Position numbers and translations under genes: made by a program. Source: Gammaproteobacteria bacterium (GTDB lineage: Bacteria > Pseudomonadota > Gammaproteobacteria > Natronospirales > REEB76). Taken from it: a stretch of DNA of 60,163 nt. The stretch lies in assembly GCA_035691665.1 (NCBI GenBank), contig DASSIS010000087.1, positions 1-60,163 of the forward strand. The letters run 5' to 3'. This document shows positions 24,937 to 36,027 of this stretch, piece after piece; positions within the stretch are counted from its first letter, which is position 1, and the number at the start of each line of letters is the position of its first letter. Below the pieces are notes generated by a model, which worked only from the letters and a program-made list of their open reading frames with translations, did no database searches and had not been told where the DNA came from.

Positions 24937-26349
24937 ATGGCCATGGACCTGAACGAGCTCAAGCGTTTCACCGACAAGGCCTGGGATGAATCCATCCTGC
25001 CGACGCTCCAGACCTACGTCGCCATCCCCAACAAATCCCCGAACTTCGATCCCGACTGGCAGGCCCACGGCTACATGGACAAGGCGGTCGAACTCGCCGC
25101 CGACTGGTGTCGCCGCCAGCCCATCAAGGGGATGCGCCTGGAAGTGATGCGCCTGCCGGGCCGCACCCCGATCCTGTTCGCGGAGATCCCCGGCGAGGGC
25201 AAGGACACGGTGCTGCTCTACGGCCACCTCGACAAGCAGCCGGAGTTCACCGGCTGGCTCGAGGGCCTCTCCCCCTGGACCCCGGTGATGCGCGGCGACA
25301 AGCTCTACGGCCGCGGCGGAGCCGACGACGGTTACGCCACCTTCTCGTCCCTGACGGCGATCCGCGCGCTGCAGGAGCAGGGTATCCCCCACGCCCGCTG
25401 CGTGATGATCATCGAATGCTGCGAGGAATCCGGTAGCTACGACCTGCCCCACTACATCGAGGCCCTGGGCAAGCGCCTGGGTGACGTGAGCCTGGTGGTG
25501 TGCCTGGACGCCGAGTGCGGCAACTACGAGCAGCTCTGGACCACCACCTCCCTGCGCGGCAACCTGGTGGGCTCGCTCACGGTGGAAGTGCTCACCGAGG
25601 GCGTGCACTCCGGCGCCGCCAGCGGCATCGTACCCTCCAGCTTCCGCATCGTCCGCAGCCTGCTGGACCGGGTGGAGGACTCCGCCACCGGCGCCTCCAA
25701 GGTGAAGAGCCTGAAACCCAAGATCCCGGCACAGCGCGTGCAGCAGATCAAGCGCGTGGCCAAGGTGCTGAAGAACACCGTCTACACCAAGATGCCCTTC
25801 GTGAAGGGCATGCAGCCCTTGAGCAAGGACGTGGTGAAGCTCATCGTCAACAACACCTGGGGTCCGACGCTCTCGGTCACCGGCGCAGACGGCATCCCGG
25901 CTCTCGGCAACGCCGGCAACGTGCTGCGGCCCAAGACCACCCTCAAGCTCTCCTTCCGCCTGCCGCCCACCGCGGACGCGAAGAAAGTCGGAGCGGAAGT
26001 GAAGAAGCTGCTGGAGACCAAGCCGCCTTACGGCGCCAAGGTGAAGTTCCAGGTGGAATCCGCCATGGGCGGCTGGAACGCGGCGCCGGTGGCGCCCTGG
26101 CTGGAGAAGTCCATGCAGAAGGCCTCCAAGGCCCACTTCGGCAAGGACGCGGTGTACATGGGCACCGGCGGCAGTATCCCCTTCATGGGCATGCTGGGCA
26201 AGAAGTTCCCCAAGGCCCAGTTCCTGGTGACCGGTCTCCTCGGCCCCCATTCCAACGCCCACGGCCCCAACGAGTTCCTGCACGTGCCCACGGGCAAGAA
26301 GCTCACGGCCTGCGTGGCCCAGGTGATCGCGGATCACCACGACCGGTGA
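24937..26349 (+). CDS. M20-family metallopeptidase
   Basis: In-frame ATG at 24937 (or 24943) within track ORF 24307..26349; the upstream part of that ORF overlaps tatD out of frame. LLYGHLDKQP, YGRGGADDGY and CEESGS motifs. Confidence 0.8.
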   Translation: MAMDLNELKRFTDKAWDESILPTLQTYVAIPNKSPNFDPDWQAHGYMDKAVELAADWCRRQPIKGMRLEVMRLPGRTPILFAEIPGEGKDTVLLYGHLDKQPEFTGWLEGLSPWTPVMRGDKLYGRGGADDGYATFSSLTAIRALQEQGIPHARCVMIIECCEESGSYDLPHYIEALGKRLGDVSLVVCLDAECGNYEQLWTTTSLRGNLVGSLTVEVLTEGVHSGAASGIVPSSFRIVRSLLDRVEDSATGASKVKSLKPKIPAQRVQQIKRVAKVLKNTVYTKMPFVKGMQPLSKDVVKLIVNNTWGPTLSVTGADGIPALGNAGNVLRPKTTLKLSFRLPPTADAKKVGAEVKKLLETKPPYGAKVKFQVESAMGGWNAAPVAPWLEKSMQKASKAHFGKDAVYMGTGGSIPFMGMLGKKFPKAQFLVTGLLGPHSNAHGPNEFLHVPTGKKLTACVAQVIADHHDR

Positions 26350-26369
26350 CCGGGTGAGGTGACGAGGGT

Positions 26370-27743
26370 ATGGACGCGGTACTGCTGTCGAGGCTGCAGT
26401 TCGCTTTCACGCTGAGCTTCCATATCCTGTTCCCGACGCTGACCATCGGGCTCGCGGTGTTCCTCGCGGTCATCGAGGGCCTGTGGCTCAAGACCGGTGA
26501 CCCGCTCTATAAGCGCCATTACCTCTTCTGGGTGAAGCTCTTCGCCCTCAGCTTCGGCGTGGGAGTGGTGTCGGGCATCGTGCTCTCCTACGAGTTCGGC
26601 ACCAACTTCAGCCGCTTCTCCGCCATCGCCGGCAGCGTCATCGGCCCGCTCATGAGTTATGAGGTGCTCACCGCCTTCTTCATGGAAGCGGGGTTCCTGG
26701 GTGTGATGTTGTTCGGTTGGAAACGGGTGGGCCCGAAGCTGCATTACGCCGCGACGCTGCTGGTGGCGGCCGGCACGGTGATGTCCGCGTTCTGGATCCT
26801 CTCCGCCAACTCCTGGATGCAGACCCCGGCGGGCGCGGTGCTCAAGGATGGCGTGTTCCAGCCCCTGGACTGGTGGCAGATCGTCTTCAACCCCTCCTTC
26901 CCCTACCGGCTGGTGCACATGCTCCTGGCCGCGCTGCTGAGCTCCAGCATGTTCGTGGCCGGCGTCTCCGCCGGGCTGCTGCTGCGCGGCAAAGACCGGC
27001 GCTTCGCGCTCTTCAGCCTGAGGTTCGCCATCCTCGCCGCGGCGTTCATCGCCCCGTTGCAGATACTGGCCGGCGACCAGCATGGCCTGGAAGTGGAGCG
27101 CTACCAACCCATCAAGGTCGCCGCCATGGAAGGCCGCTGGGACACCCGGGATCATGCGCCCCTGGTGCTGTTCGCCTGGCCGGATGCGGATACGCGCACC
27201 AACCGCTATGCCATCCAGATCCCGGACGCGGGCAGCCTCATCATCAAGCACCGCGTCGACGGCGTGGTCACGGGGCTGGATTCGGCGCCACCGGCGGACT
27301 GGCCCACGGTGCCCATCGTGTTCTTCGCCTTCCGGGTCATGGTGGGCCTCGGCCTCCTGATGCTGGCCTATGCCTGGTGCGGTGCGTACTGGATGCGGCG
27401 CCGTGAAGGGCACCCGCCCGCCTGGTTCCTGAAAGGCGCCCTGTGGATGATCCCGGCAGGCTTCATCGCCACCGTGGCCGGCTGGTGGGTGGCTGAGACC
27501 GGACGCCAGCCCTGGGTGGTCTACGGCATCCTGCGTACCGCCGACGTGGCGACGGTGATGCCGGCGGGGCAAGTGCTCGCCTCTTTGCTGGCTTTCGTCG
27601 CCGTCTACGCGGTGGTGATGGCCGCCTACCTCTATTACGCCTTGAAAGTCATCCGCAAAGGTCCGGAAGATACGCCTGCGCACCCGGCGGGCGGAGAATC
27701 AGCACCGGCCAAACCCGCCTTCGGTGGCGTGGAGGACGCCTGA
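26370..27743 (+). CDS. cydA: cytochrome bd-type quinol oxidase subunit I (short Q-loop, CIO-like)
   Basis: 457 aa. N-terminus LSRLQFAFTLSFHILFPTLTIG is typical of CydA/CioA. The length suggests the short Q-loop class. Confidence 0.9.
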   Translation: MDAVLLSRLQFAFTLSFHILFPTLTIGLAVFLAVIEGLWLKTGDPLYKRHYLFWVKLFALSFGVGVVSGIVLSYEFGTNFSRFSAIAGSVIGPLMSYEVLTAFFMEAGFLGVMLFGWKRVGPKLHYAATLLVAAGTVMSAFWILSANSWMQTPAGAVLKDGVFQPLDWWQIVFNPSFPYRLVHMLLAALLSSSMFVAGVSAGLLLRGKDRRFALFSLRFAILAAAFIAPLQILAGDQHGLEVERYQPIKVAAMEGRWDTRDHAPLVLFAWPDADTRTNRYAIQIPDAGSLIIKHRVDGVVTGLDSAPPADWPTVPIVFFAFRVMVGLGLLMLAYAWCGAYWMRRREGHPPAWFLKGALWMIPAGFIATVAGWWVAETGRQPWVVYGILRTADVATVMPAGQVLASLLAFVAVYAVVMAAYLYYALKVIRKGPEDTPAHPAGGESAPAKPAFGGVEDA

Positions 27744-27744
27744 T

Positions 27745-28746
27745 ATGTCCGCCCTGCCCTTCATCTGGGTCTGCATCATCGCCGCCGGCGTCGCCATCTA
27801 CGTGGTGTTGGACGGCTTCGACCTCGGCATCGGCATCCTCTTCCCCTTCGCCAAGAACCACGAGCACCGCGACCTGATGATGAACAGCGTGGCGCCCGTG
27901 TGGGACGGCAACGAGACCTGGCTGGTGATGGGCGGCGTGGCTCTGTTGGCGGCCTTCCCCAAGGCCTACGCCATCCTGCTCTCCGGCCTGTACATACCGC
28001 TCATGCTCATGCTGATGGCCCTGATCTTCCGCGGTGTGTCCTTCGAGTTCCGCTTCAAGGCCCACAGCAGCCGCTATCTTTGGGATACAGCCTTCAGCTT
28101 AGGGTCGATGCTCACGGCCCTGTGCCAGGGCATCACCCTGGGTGCAGTGGTTCAGGGGCTCAAGGTCGAGCATGGGCAGTACGCGGGAGGGATGTTCGAC
28201 TGGCTCACGCCCTTCAGCCTGTTCACCGGCTTCGCGGTGGTGGCGGGTTACGCGCTCCTGGGTTCCAGCTGGCTGATCATGAAGACCGAAGGCGCGCTGC
28301 AGGACTGGTGCTACCGCATGGCGCAGCGCACCCTGTTCCTGATGCTGGCGGCGGTGGCGGTGGTGAGCCTGTGGACGCCCTTCATGCAGCCGGCCATCCG
28401 CGAGCGCTGGTTCTCGCTGCCGAACTTCTTCTATCTCTCCCAGGTCCCCTTCGCCACCTTCCTGCTGGCGGCCGGCTGTGGATATGCCTTGCGCCGGCGG
28501 CGCTCCCACGCCCCGTTCTACTGCAGCGTGGGCCTGTTCATGCTGGCCTACTTGGGCCTCATCATCAGCCTCTGGCCCTACATCGTGCCGCGGGCCCTCA
28601 CCTTCGAGGAAGCCGCCTCGCCCGCTTCCAGCCAGCTCTTCGTGCTGGTGGGTTTCGCGGTGATCGTGCCCATCATCCTCACGTATACGGTGGCGGGCTA
28701 CTACATATTCAGCGGCAAGGTGAAGAGCGGGGAGCATTACCATTGA
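27745..28746 (+). CDS. cydB: cytochrome bd-type quinol oxidase subunit II
   Basis: ATG at 27745, 1 nt after the cydA stop. Starts MSALPFIWVCIIAAGVAIYVVLDGFDLGIG. Confidence 0.9.
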   Translation: MSALPFIWVCIIAAGVAIYVVLDGFDLGIGILFPFAKNHEHRDLMMNSVAPVWDGNETWLVMGGVALLAAFPKAYAILLSGLYIPLMLMLMALIFRGVSFEFRFKAHSSRYLWDTAFSLGSMLTALCQGITLGAVVQGLKVEHGQYAGGMFDWLTPFSLFTGFAVVAGYALLGSSWLIMKTEGALQDWCYRMAQRTLFLMLAAVAVVSLWTPFMQPAIRERWFSLPNFFYLSQVPFATFLLAAGCGYALRRRRSHAPFYCSVGLFMLAYLGLIISLWPYIVPRALTFEEAASPASSQLFVLVGFAVIVPIILTYTVAGYYIFSGKVKSGEHYH

Positions 28747-28862
28747 ACGCGGCCCGGCATCCGCGGCTCAAGGCATGGTTCTGGTTCGGCGGGATCTATC
28801 TCTTGTCGCTCGCGGCCTTCGCCCTGCTCACGGGACTGGCACGGCTGTTCATCCGCGCTTGA
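28743..28862 (+). CDS. possible 39-aa single-TM protein (DUF2474-like accessory ORF of cio operons)
   Basis: TTG at 28743 overlaps the cydB TGA (TTGA). Reads (M)NAARHPRLKAWFWFGGIYLLSLAAFALLTGLARLFIRA. It is the tail of the spurious track ORF 27900..28862. Start codon is uncertain. Confidence 0.45.
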   Translation: MNAARHPRLKAWFWFGGIYLLSLAAFALLTGLARLFIRA

Positions 28863-29463
28863 GAGGCTCGGGCCGTTCGCGGCCCGGCGCCACGTTGGCC
28901 GCCTCGCAGACCGCGGCCCACAGGGCCTGCACGTCGGAGGCGAGCTCCACCGGCGCCTTCGGCTTCGCACGCAGCAACGGTTGGGCGAATTCCTCCAGGA
29001 GCTGCACCCCGTCGGGACGGCCCTTGGGGAAGTGCCCACGCGAAGTGAACAGGATGCGCGACACGGGATCGAGGCCTGGTGCCACGAGCTTCACTGCCGC
29101 CAGGCGGTCATGCATGGGGCGGATGGGGTTGTTGAACTGGTAACGGCGCCGGCGGCCCATGGCGGTCCACACGTCCATCTTCTCGGAACAGAAGATCGCT
29201 CCCTCCACGTCGCGGATGTCCAGCACATAGAGCTGGCGGCCGCGCAGCAGGATGGCATCCACCGGCACGAAACCGCCGATGCCGTCGGGCAGCACCACGT
29301 CACGCACCAGCCGGTCACCGATGATGCGCAGGGTGTGGGTCACGTCGCGGCGGATCGCGGTGACGCGCAGCCACAGCATCACACCGAGGACGATGAGCAG
29401 CAAGGCCGCCACGCCGACCGCGGCGGTCCAGAACAGCCAATTGCCGTACCAGGCGTGCGCCAT
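28849..29463 (-). CDS. membrane-anchored NERD-like domain protein
   Basis: 204 aa. N-terminal TM helix WLFWTAAVGVAALLLIVLGVMLWL. Core PVDAILLRGRQLYVLDIRDVEGAIF ... NNPIRPMHDRL resembles the NERD layout, but the usual E-x-K reads D-I-R. Confidence 0.55.
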   Translation of the reverse strand: MAHAWYGNWLFWTAAVGVAALLLIVLGVMLWLRVTAIRRDVTHTLRIIGDRLVRDVVLPDGIGGFVPVDAILLRGRQLYVLDIRDVEGAIFCSEKMDVWTAMGRRRRYQFNNPIRPMHDRLAAVKLVAPGLDPVSRILFTSRGHFPKGRPDGVQLLEEFAQPLLRAKPKAPVELASDVQALWAAVCEAANVAPGRERPEPLKRG

Positions 29464-29539
29464 CCCGTTTCCTTCTTGTCTTGGCCGGCCCCAACCGGCG
29501 GCGCGTATTGTAACGGAAACGCTCGCGCGCCCGGTATGC

Positions 29540-29845
29540 CTAGAAGGCGATGCGCCCTGTCAGGATATCCCTATACATCACCCAGTCGCCCATGAAGCTG
29601 TAGAGGGGATGGCTGAAGGTAGCGGGCCGGTTCTTCTCGAAGAAGAAGTGCCCGATCCAGGCGAAGCCGTAGCCGAAGAGCGGCATGAGCAGGAGCGTCC
29701 ACAAAAAACCCGTGAAGAGCGCGTAGACGAGCGTGAGCAACACCAGGCTGCTGCCGAAGAAGTGCAGCCGCCTGCAGGTGCGGTTCCGGTGCTCTCCCAG
29801 ATAGAAGGGGTAGAAATCCCTGAAGCTGGCATAGCCCGTGCTCAT
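29540..29845 (-). CDS. DUF962 (Mpo1-like) membrane protein
   Basis: 101 aa. YPFYLGEHRNRTCRRLHFFG ... GHFFFEKNRPATF. Confidence 0.75.
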   Translation of the reverse strand: MSTGYASFRDFYPFYLGEHRNRTCRRLHFFGSSLVLLTLVYALFTGFLWTLLLMPLFGYGFAWIGHFFFEKNRPATFSHPLYSFMGDWVMYRDILTGRIAF

Positions 29846-29857
29846 CGCCCTGCTCCT

Positions 29858-30247
29858 TTACCTTAGTAGTCTAAATATACCGCGCGGGTCATGAGTGAGG
29901 GCGATGCTCACGATGAAGCCGAACAGGAGCAGCGCAGCGACGAACAGCGCGAGCTTGAGGCGGCGCGGTCCGCGCAGGCGGAAAGCCAGGATGCCGAGCA
30001 GGATGTAGGCGAGCACGCAGAGGAGCTTCACTCCCAGCCAAGGGCTGCGGAGTGGATCCAGCCTCAGCATCACCGTGAGCCCAACGCCGCAGGCCAGCAG
30101 CAGGCTGTCCACCACATGGGGTAATACCCTGAGCAGCCGGCCGGCAGGTCGGCGGCCGGCCCACAGGCTGAGCGCCCCCCGCCAGGCGAAGAGCGCGAGG
30201 CTTAGGGCCGCGAACAGCACGTGGGCGGCCTTGATATCCCAGTACAT
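29858..30247 (-). CDS. SirB2/YchQ-family membrane protein
   Basis: 129 aa, four TM helices. Starts MYWDIKAAHVLFAALSLALF. Confidence 0.7.
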   Translation of the reverse strand: MYWDIKAAHVLFAALSLALFAWRGALSLWAGRRPAGRLLRVLPHVVDSLLLACGVGLTVMLRLDPLRSPWLGVKLLCVLAYILLGILAFRLRGPRRLKLALFVAALLLFGFIVSIALTHDPRGIFRLLR

Positions 30248-30294
30248 GGGCTCCTTAAGACCCGCGTCCGGCGCGGCTTTGTCTTGATGGGCTA

Positions 30295-30315
30295 ATAGGA
30301 CTAAAATAGTCCTAT
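30295..30315. promoter_or_regulatory. candidate Rrf2/IscR-type operator upstream of the suf regulator
   Basis: Palindrome ATAGGACT-AAAAT-AGTCCTAT (8-bp arms) lies 22 nt upstream of the regulator start and 5 nt upstream of a GGAGG. Confidence 0.5.
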
Positions 30316-30336
30316 ATCTAGGAGGACCACAAGCCC

Positions 30337-30804
30337 TTGCTGCGCCTGAGCAAATTGACCGATTACGGCACCGTGGTGCTGGCCCAGATCGCCCGGGACC
30401 CGGCGCGGCTGCACACGGCTGCCGAGCTGGCCACGGCCCTGCATCTGGCCGCCCCCACCGTGAGCAAGCTCCTGAAGCAGTTCGCCCGGGCCGGGCTCTT
30501 GAGCTCCCACCGCGGCGCTCGCGGCGGCTACACCCTCGCCCGCCCGGCCGAGGACATCACGGCGGTGCAGATCATCGATGCACTGGAAGGCCCCGTGGCC
30601 ATCACCCAGTGCAGCATGAGCCACAGCCGTTGCGGCATCGAATCCGTATGCGGAATCGGCCACAACTGGCAGCGCATCAGCCTCGCCATCCGCGACGCCC
30701 TGCGTACCGTGACCCTGGCGCAGCTGGCCCGTCCCGTGGCCCTCCCGCCGCGCCTCGACTTCCGGGCGGTGCTGGACGGCACCGCCGCCCCACGCAAGCA
30801 GTGA
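30337..30804 (+). CDS. Rrf2-family SUF system Fe-S assembly regulator
   Basis: 155 aa with a TTG start. (M)LRLSKLTDYGTVVLAQIA wHTH region. Cys cluster C-x7-C-x5-C (ITQCSMSHSRCGIESVCG). Confidence 0.85.
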   Translation: MLRLSKLTDYGTVVLAQIARDPARLHTAAELATALHLAAPTVSKLLKQFARAGLLSSHRGARGGYTLARPAEDITAVQIIDALEGPVAITQCSMSHSRCGIESVCGIGHNWQRISLAIRDALRTVTLAQLARPVALPPRLDFRAVLDGTAAPRKQ

Positions 30805-30813
30805 GCTGAAGAC

Positions 30814-32262
<1,449 letters not shown>

Positions 32263-32278
32263 GAACGAAGAGAAACCC

Positions 32279-33031
<753 letters not shown>

Positions 33032-34324
33032 ATGGATACTGCCCTGCAGAGCTACCTGGAAGGCTACCGGTCATTGCCGGCGGCCCCGGCCTGGCTCAGG
33101 CCCTTGCAGGAAGCGGCTCTGGAACGGGTTGAAGCGCGCGGTTTCCCTGCTGCCCGGGACGAGGCCTGGAAATACACCTCGGTGGCGGCCCTGGAGAAAC
33201 GCGGCTTCAAGCCTGCTTTCGGGTCTGTCCAACTTGACGCCGATGTACTCGGCACGCTCCTGGTCCCCGGCCTGGATGCGAGCCGGGCGGTGTTCGTGAA
33301 CGGGCGCTACGACCCCGCCCTCTCCCGCCTGCCGGAAGGCGTGAGACTGGTGTCCCTGGCTTCTGCCGAGGCCGGCATCAAGGGATCCCTGGACCTGCAC
33401 CCGGACTGGGAACACGACACTTTCGTGAACCTGAACACCGCCCTGTTTCGGGACGGATTGTTGCTGGAACTGGCGCCGGGCCAGATCCTGGAGCGGCCCC
33501 TGGAACTCCTGCACGTGACTCTGCCGGAAGAAGGCGCCGCTGCCCACAACCTCCGCTTCGTGATCCGGCTCGGCGCCGGCGCTCAAGGCTCCCTGATCGA
33601 GCGCTACACCCATCAGGGCGAGGGCAAGCACTTCAACAACGTGGTCACCCAGGTGACGCTGGCCGAGAAAGCCAAGCTCGAGCACGTGCGCTTGCAAGCC
33701 GAGAGCACCCAGGCGTTCCATGTGGCACGGGTCTTGGTGCGGCAGGCGGCCTGCAGCCAATACCGCTCCCATAACCTGCACGTCGGCGGCGCCTGGACGC
33801 GCCTGGACCTGCACACGCGTCTCGAAGCGGAAGGCGCCAGTGCCTACCTGCGCGGTCTCTACGCCGTCACCGGCCGCCAGCATGTGGACAACCACACCCG
33901 GGTGGACCATCTCGTCCCCCACACCACGAGCCAGGAACTCTACCGCGGCATCCTGGACGGCCAGGGACGTGCCGTGTTCAACGGCAAGGTGGTGGTGGCG
34001 CCCCATGCCCTCAAGACCGATGCGGAGCAGGCCAACCACAACCTGATCCTGTCCCGGGGCGCGGAGATCGACACCAAGCCGGAGCTGGAGATCTACGCCG
34101 ACGATGTGAAGTGCAGCCACGGCGCCACCATCGGCCAGTTGGACGAGCAACAGCTCTTCTATCTGCGCTCCCGCGGCCTGGACGAGGCGAGCGCCCGCAG
34201 CTTGCTGATCTCCGCCTTCGCCGAGAAGTTGCTCACCGGCCTCCCCCAACCCGCCTTCGCCGCCTACGCGCGCCAGCTGCTGAGCACGAGCATCAGCGCG
34301 ATAAAACCCGAGGGACAGGCATGA
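33032..34324 (+). CDS. sufD: Fe-S cluster assembly protein SufD
   Basis: 430 aa. ATG immediately follows the sufC stop. C-terminal KCSHGATIGQLDEQQLFYLRSRGL. Confidence 0.9.
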   Translation: MDTALQSYLEGYRSLPAAPAWLRPLQEAALERVEARGFPAARDEAWKYTSVAALEKRGFKPAFGSVQLDADVLGTLLVPGLDASRAVFVNGRYDPALSRLPEGVRLVSLASAEAGIKGSLDLHPDWEHDTFVNLNTALFRDGLLLELAPGQILERPLELLHVTLPEEGAAAHNLRFVIRLGAGAQGSLIERYTHQGEGKHFNNVVTQVTLAEKAKLEHVRLQAESTQAFHVARVLVRQAACSQYRSHNLHVGGAWTRLDLHTRLEAEGASAYLRGLYAVTGRQHVDNHTRVDHLVPHTTSQELYRGILDGQGRAVFNGKVVVAPHALKTDAEQANHNLILSRGAEIDTKPELEIYADDVKCSHGATIGQLDEQQLFYLRSRGLDEASARSLLISAFAEKLLTGLPQPAFAAYARQLLSTSISAIKPEGQA

Positions 34325-35574
34325 ACAAGCTCAGCCACAAGCTGCAGGAATCAGCCGGCTTCGACCCACTGCGCTGGCGCGGTGACTTCCCCATCCTGCA
34401 CACCCAGGTGCACGGCAAGCCGCTGGTGTACCTGGACAACGCCGCCACCAGCCAGAAACCCCGGGCGGTGATCGATGCCGTCTCCCGTTACTACGAGAGC
34501 AGCAACGCCAACGTGCACCGCGGTGTGCATCACCTGAGCGAGGTCGCCACGGCGGCCTACGAAGGCGCCCGGGAGAAAGTGCGTAGCTACATCAACGCCA
34601 CGTCCGTGAAGGAAGTGATCTACACCCGCGGCACCACCGAGTCCATCAACCTGGTGGCCCAGAGCTATGCCTGTCCCCGCCTCAAGGCCGGCGACGAGAT
34701 CGTCCTCTCGGAGATGGAACATCACTCCAACATCGTGCCCTGGCAGCTAGTGACCCAGCAGACCGGTGCGGTGCTCAAGGTCATCCCCATCACCGATGCG
34801 GGCGAACTCGCGCCCGGTGCCTATGAGCGGCTCTTCAGTCCGCGCACCAAGTTCGTTGCCCTGAGCCATGTGTCCAACGCCTTGGGCACCGTGAATCCGG
34901 TCAAGGAGATGGTCGCCTTCGCCCATGCCCGCGGTGTGCCGGTGTTGCTGGACGGTGCCCAGGCGGTGCCCCACATGCGGGTGGATGTGCGCGACCTCGG
35001 TTGCGACTTCTACGCCTTCTCCGGTCACAAGATGTTCGCCCCCACGGGCATCGGCATCCTCTACGGCAAGGAAGCGCTGCTCGACGCCATGCCCCCCTGG
35101 CAAGGGGGCGGCGAGATGATCCGCATCGTGCGCTTCGGCGAGACCACCTATAACGACCTGCCCCACAAGTTCGAGGCCGGCACCCCCGACATCGCCGGGG
35201 CCGTGGGCCTGGGCGCGGCGGTGGATTACCTCCGTGCTGTGGATCTCGATGCCGCCCAGCCCTATGAACAGGAGCTGCTGGCCTACGGCACCGAAGGGCT
35301 CAAGGGCATCCCCGGCGTGAAGCTGGTGGGTACCGCCAGGCACAAGGCGGGCGTGCTGTCCTTCGTCATGGACGGGGTCCATCCCCACGACCTCGGCACC
35401 ATCGTGGACCAGGAAGGGGTGGCCATCCGTACCGGCCACCACTGCGCCATGCCTGTGATGGAGCGTTACGGCCTGCCGGCCACGGCCCGGGCTTCCCTCG
35501 CCTTCTACAACACCCGCGCGGACCTCGACGCGCTGGTGGCGGCCCTGCACAAGGCCCGGGAGATGTTCCGCTGA
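34321..35574 (+). CDS. sufS: cysteine desulfurase SufS (group II)
   Basis: ATG at 34321 overlaps the sufD stop. Motifs NVHRGVH, SGHKM (PLP lysine) and RTGHHCAMP. Confidence 0.95.
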   Translation: MNKLSHKLQESAGFDPLRWRGDFPILHTQVHGKPLVYLDNAATSQKPRAVIDAVSRYYESSNANVHRGVHHLSEVATAAYEGAREKVRSYINATSVKEVIYTRGTTESINLVAQSYACPRLKAGDEIVLSEMEHHSNIVPWQLVTQQTGAVLKVIPITDAGELAPGAYERLFSPRTKFVALSHVSNALGTVNPVKEMVAFAHARGVPVLLDGAQAVPHMRVDVRDLGCDFYAFSGHKMFAPTGIGILYGKEALLDAMPPWQGGGEMIRIVRFGETTYNDLPHKFEAGTPDIAGAVGLGAAVDYLRAVDLDAAQPYEQELLAYGTEGLKGIPGVKLVGTARHKAGVLSFVMDGVHPHDLGTIVDQEGVAIRTGHHCAMPVMERYGLPATARASLAFYNTRADLDALVAALHKAREMFR

Positions 35575-36023
35575 TGGACCTCAAGGACCTCTATCGCGAC
35601 GTGATCGTGGATCACAACCGCAGCCCGCGGAACTTCCGCAAGATCGGCGGCGCGGACCGGATGCAGGAAGGTTTTAACCCCCTCTGCGGCGACAAGCTCA
35701 CGGTCTACCTCAAGCTGGACGGCGAGAAGATCAGCGATCTGAGCTTCGAAGGCAGCGGTTGCGCCATCTCCGTGGCCTCCGCCTCCCTGATGACCGAACG
35801 CCTCAAGGGCAAGACCCGGGCCGAGGCCCTGAAGCTCTTCGACGAGATGCACGAGCTCCTGACCTCGAGCGCCGCAGCCGCGGATACCGATTCCCTGGGC
35901 AAGCTCGCCGCCCTCTCCGGCGTGCGCGACTACCCGTCTCGGGTGAAATGCGCGAGCCTCTGCTGGCACACCCTCAAGCGCGCGCTGGCCGATGGTGACC
36001 ATGCTGCCGTGAGCACGGAATAA
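35574..36023 (+). CDS. sufU: SufU/IscU-like sulfur-acceptor scaffold
   Basis: 149 aa. NPLCGD, GSGCAIS and KCASLCW cysteines with the SufU-type spacing. Confidence 0.85.
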   Translation: MDLKDLYRDVIVDHNRSPRNFRKIGGADRMQEGFNPLCGDKLTVYLKLDGEKISDLSFEGSGCAISVASASLMTERLKGKTRAEALKLFDEMHELLTSSAAAADTDSLGKLAALSGVRDYPSRVKCASLCWHTLKRALADGDHAAVSTE

Positions 36024-36027
36024 GCCC

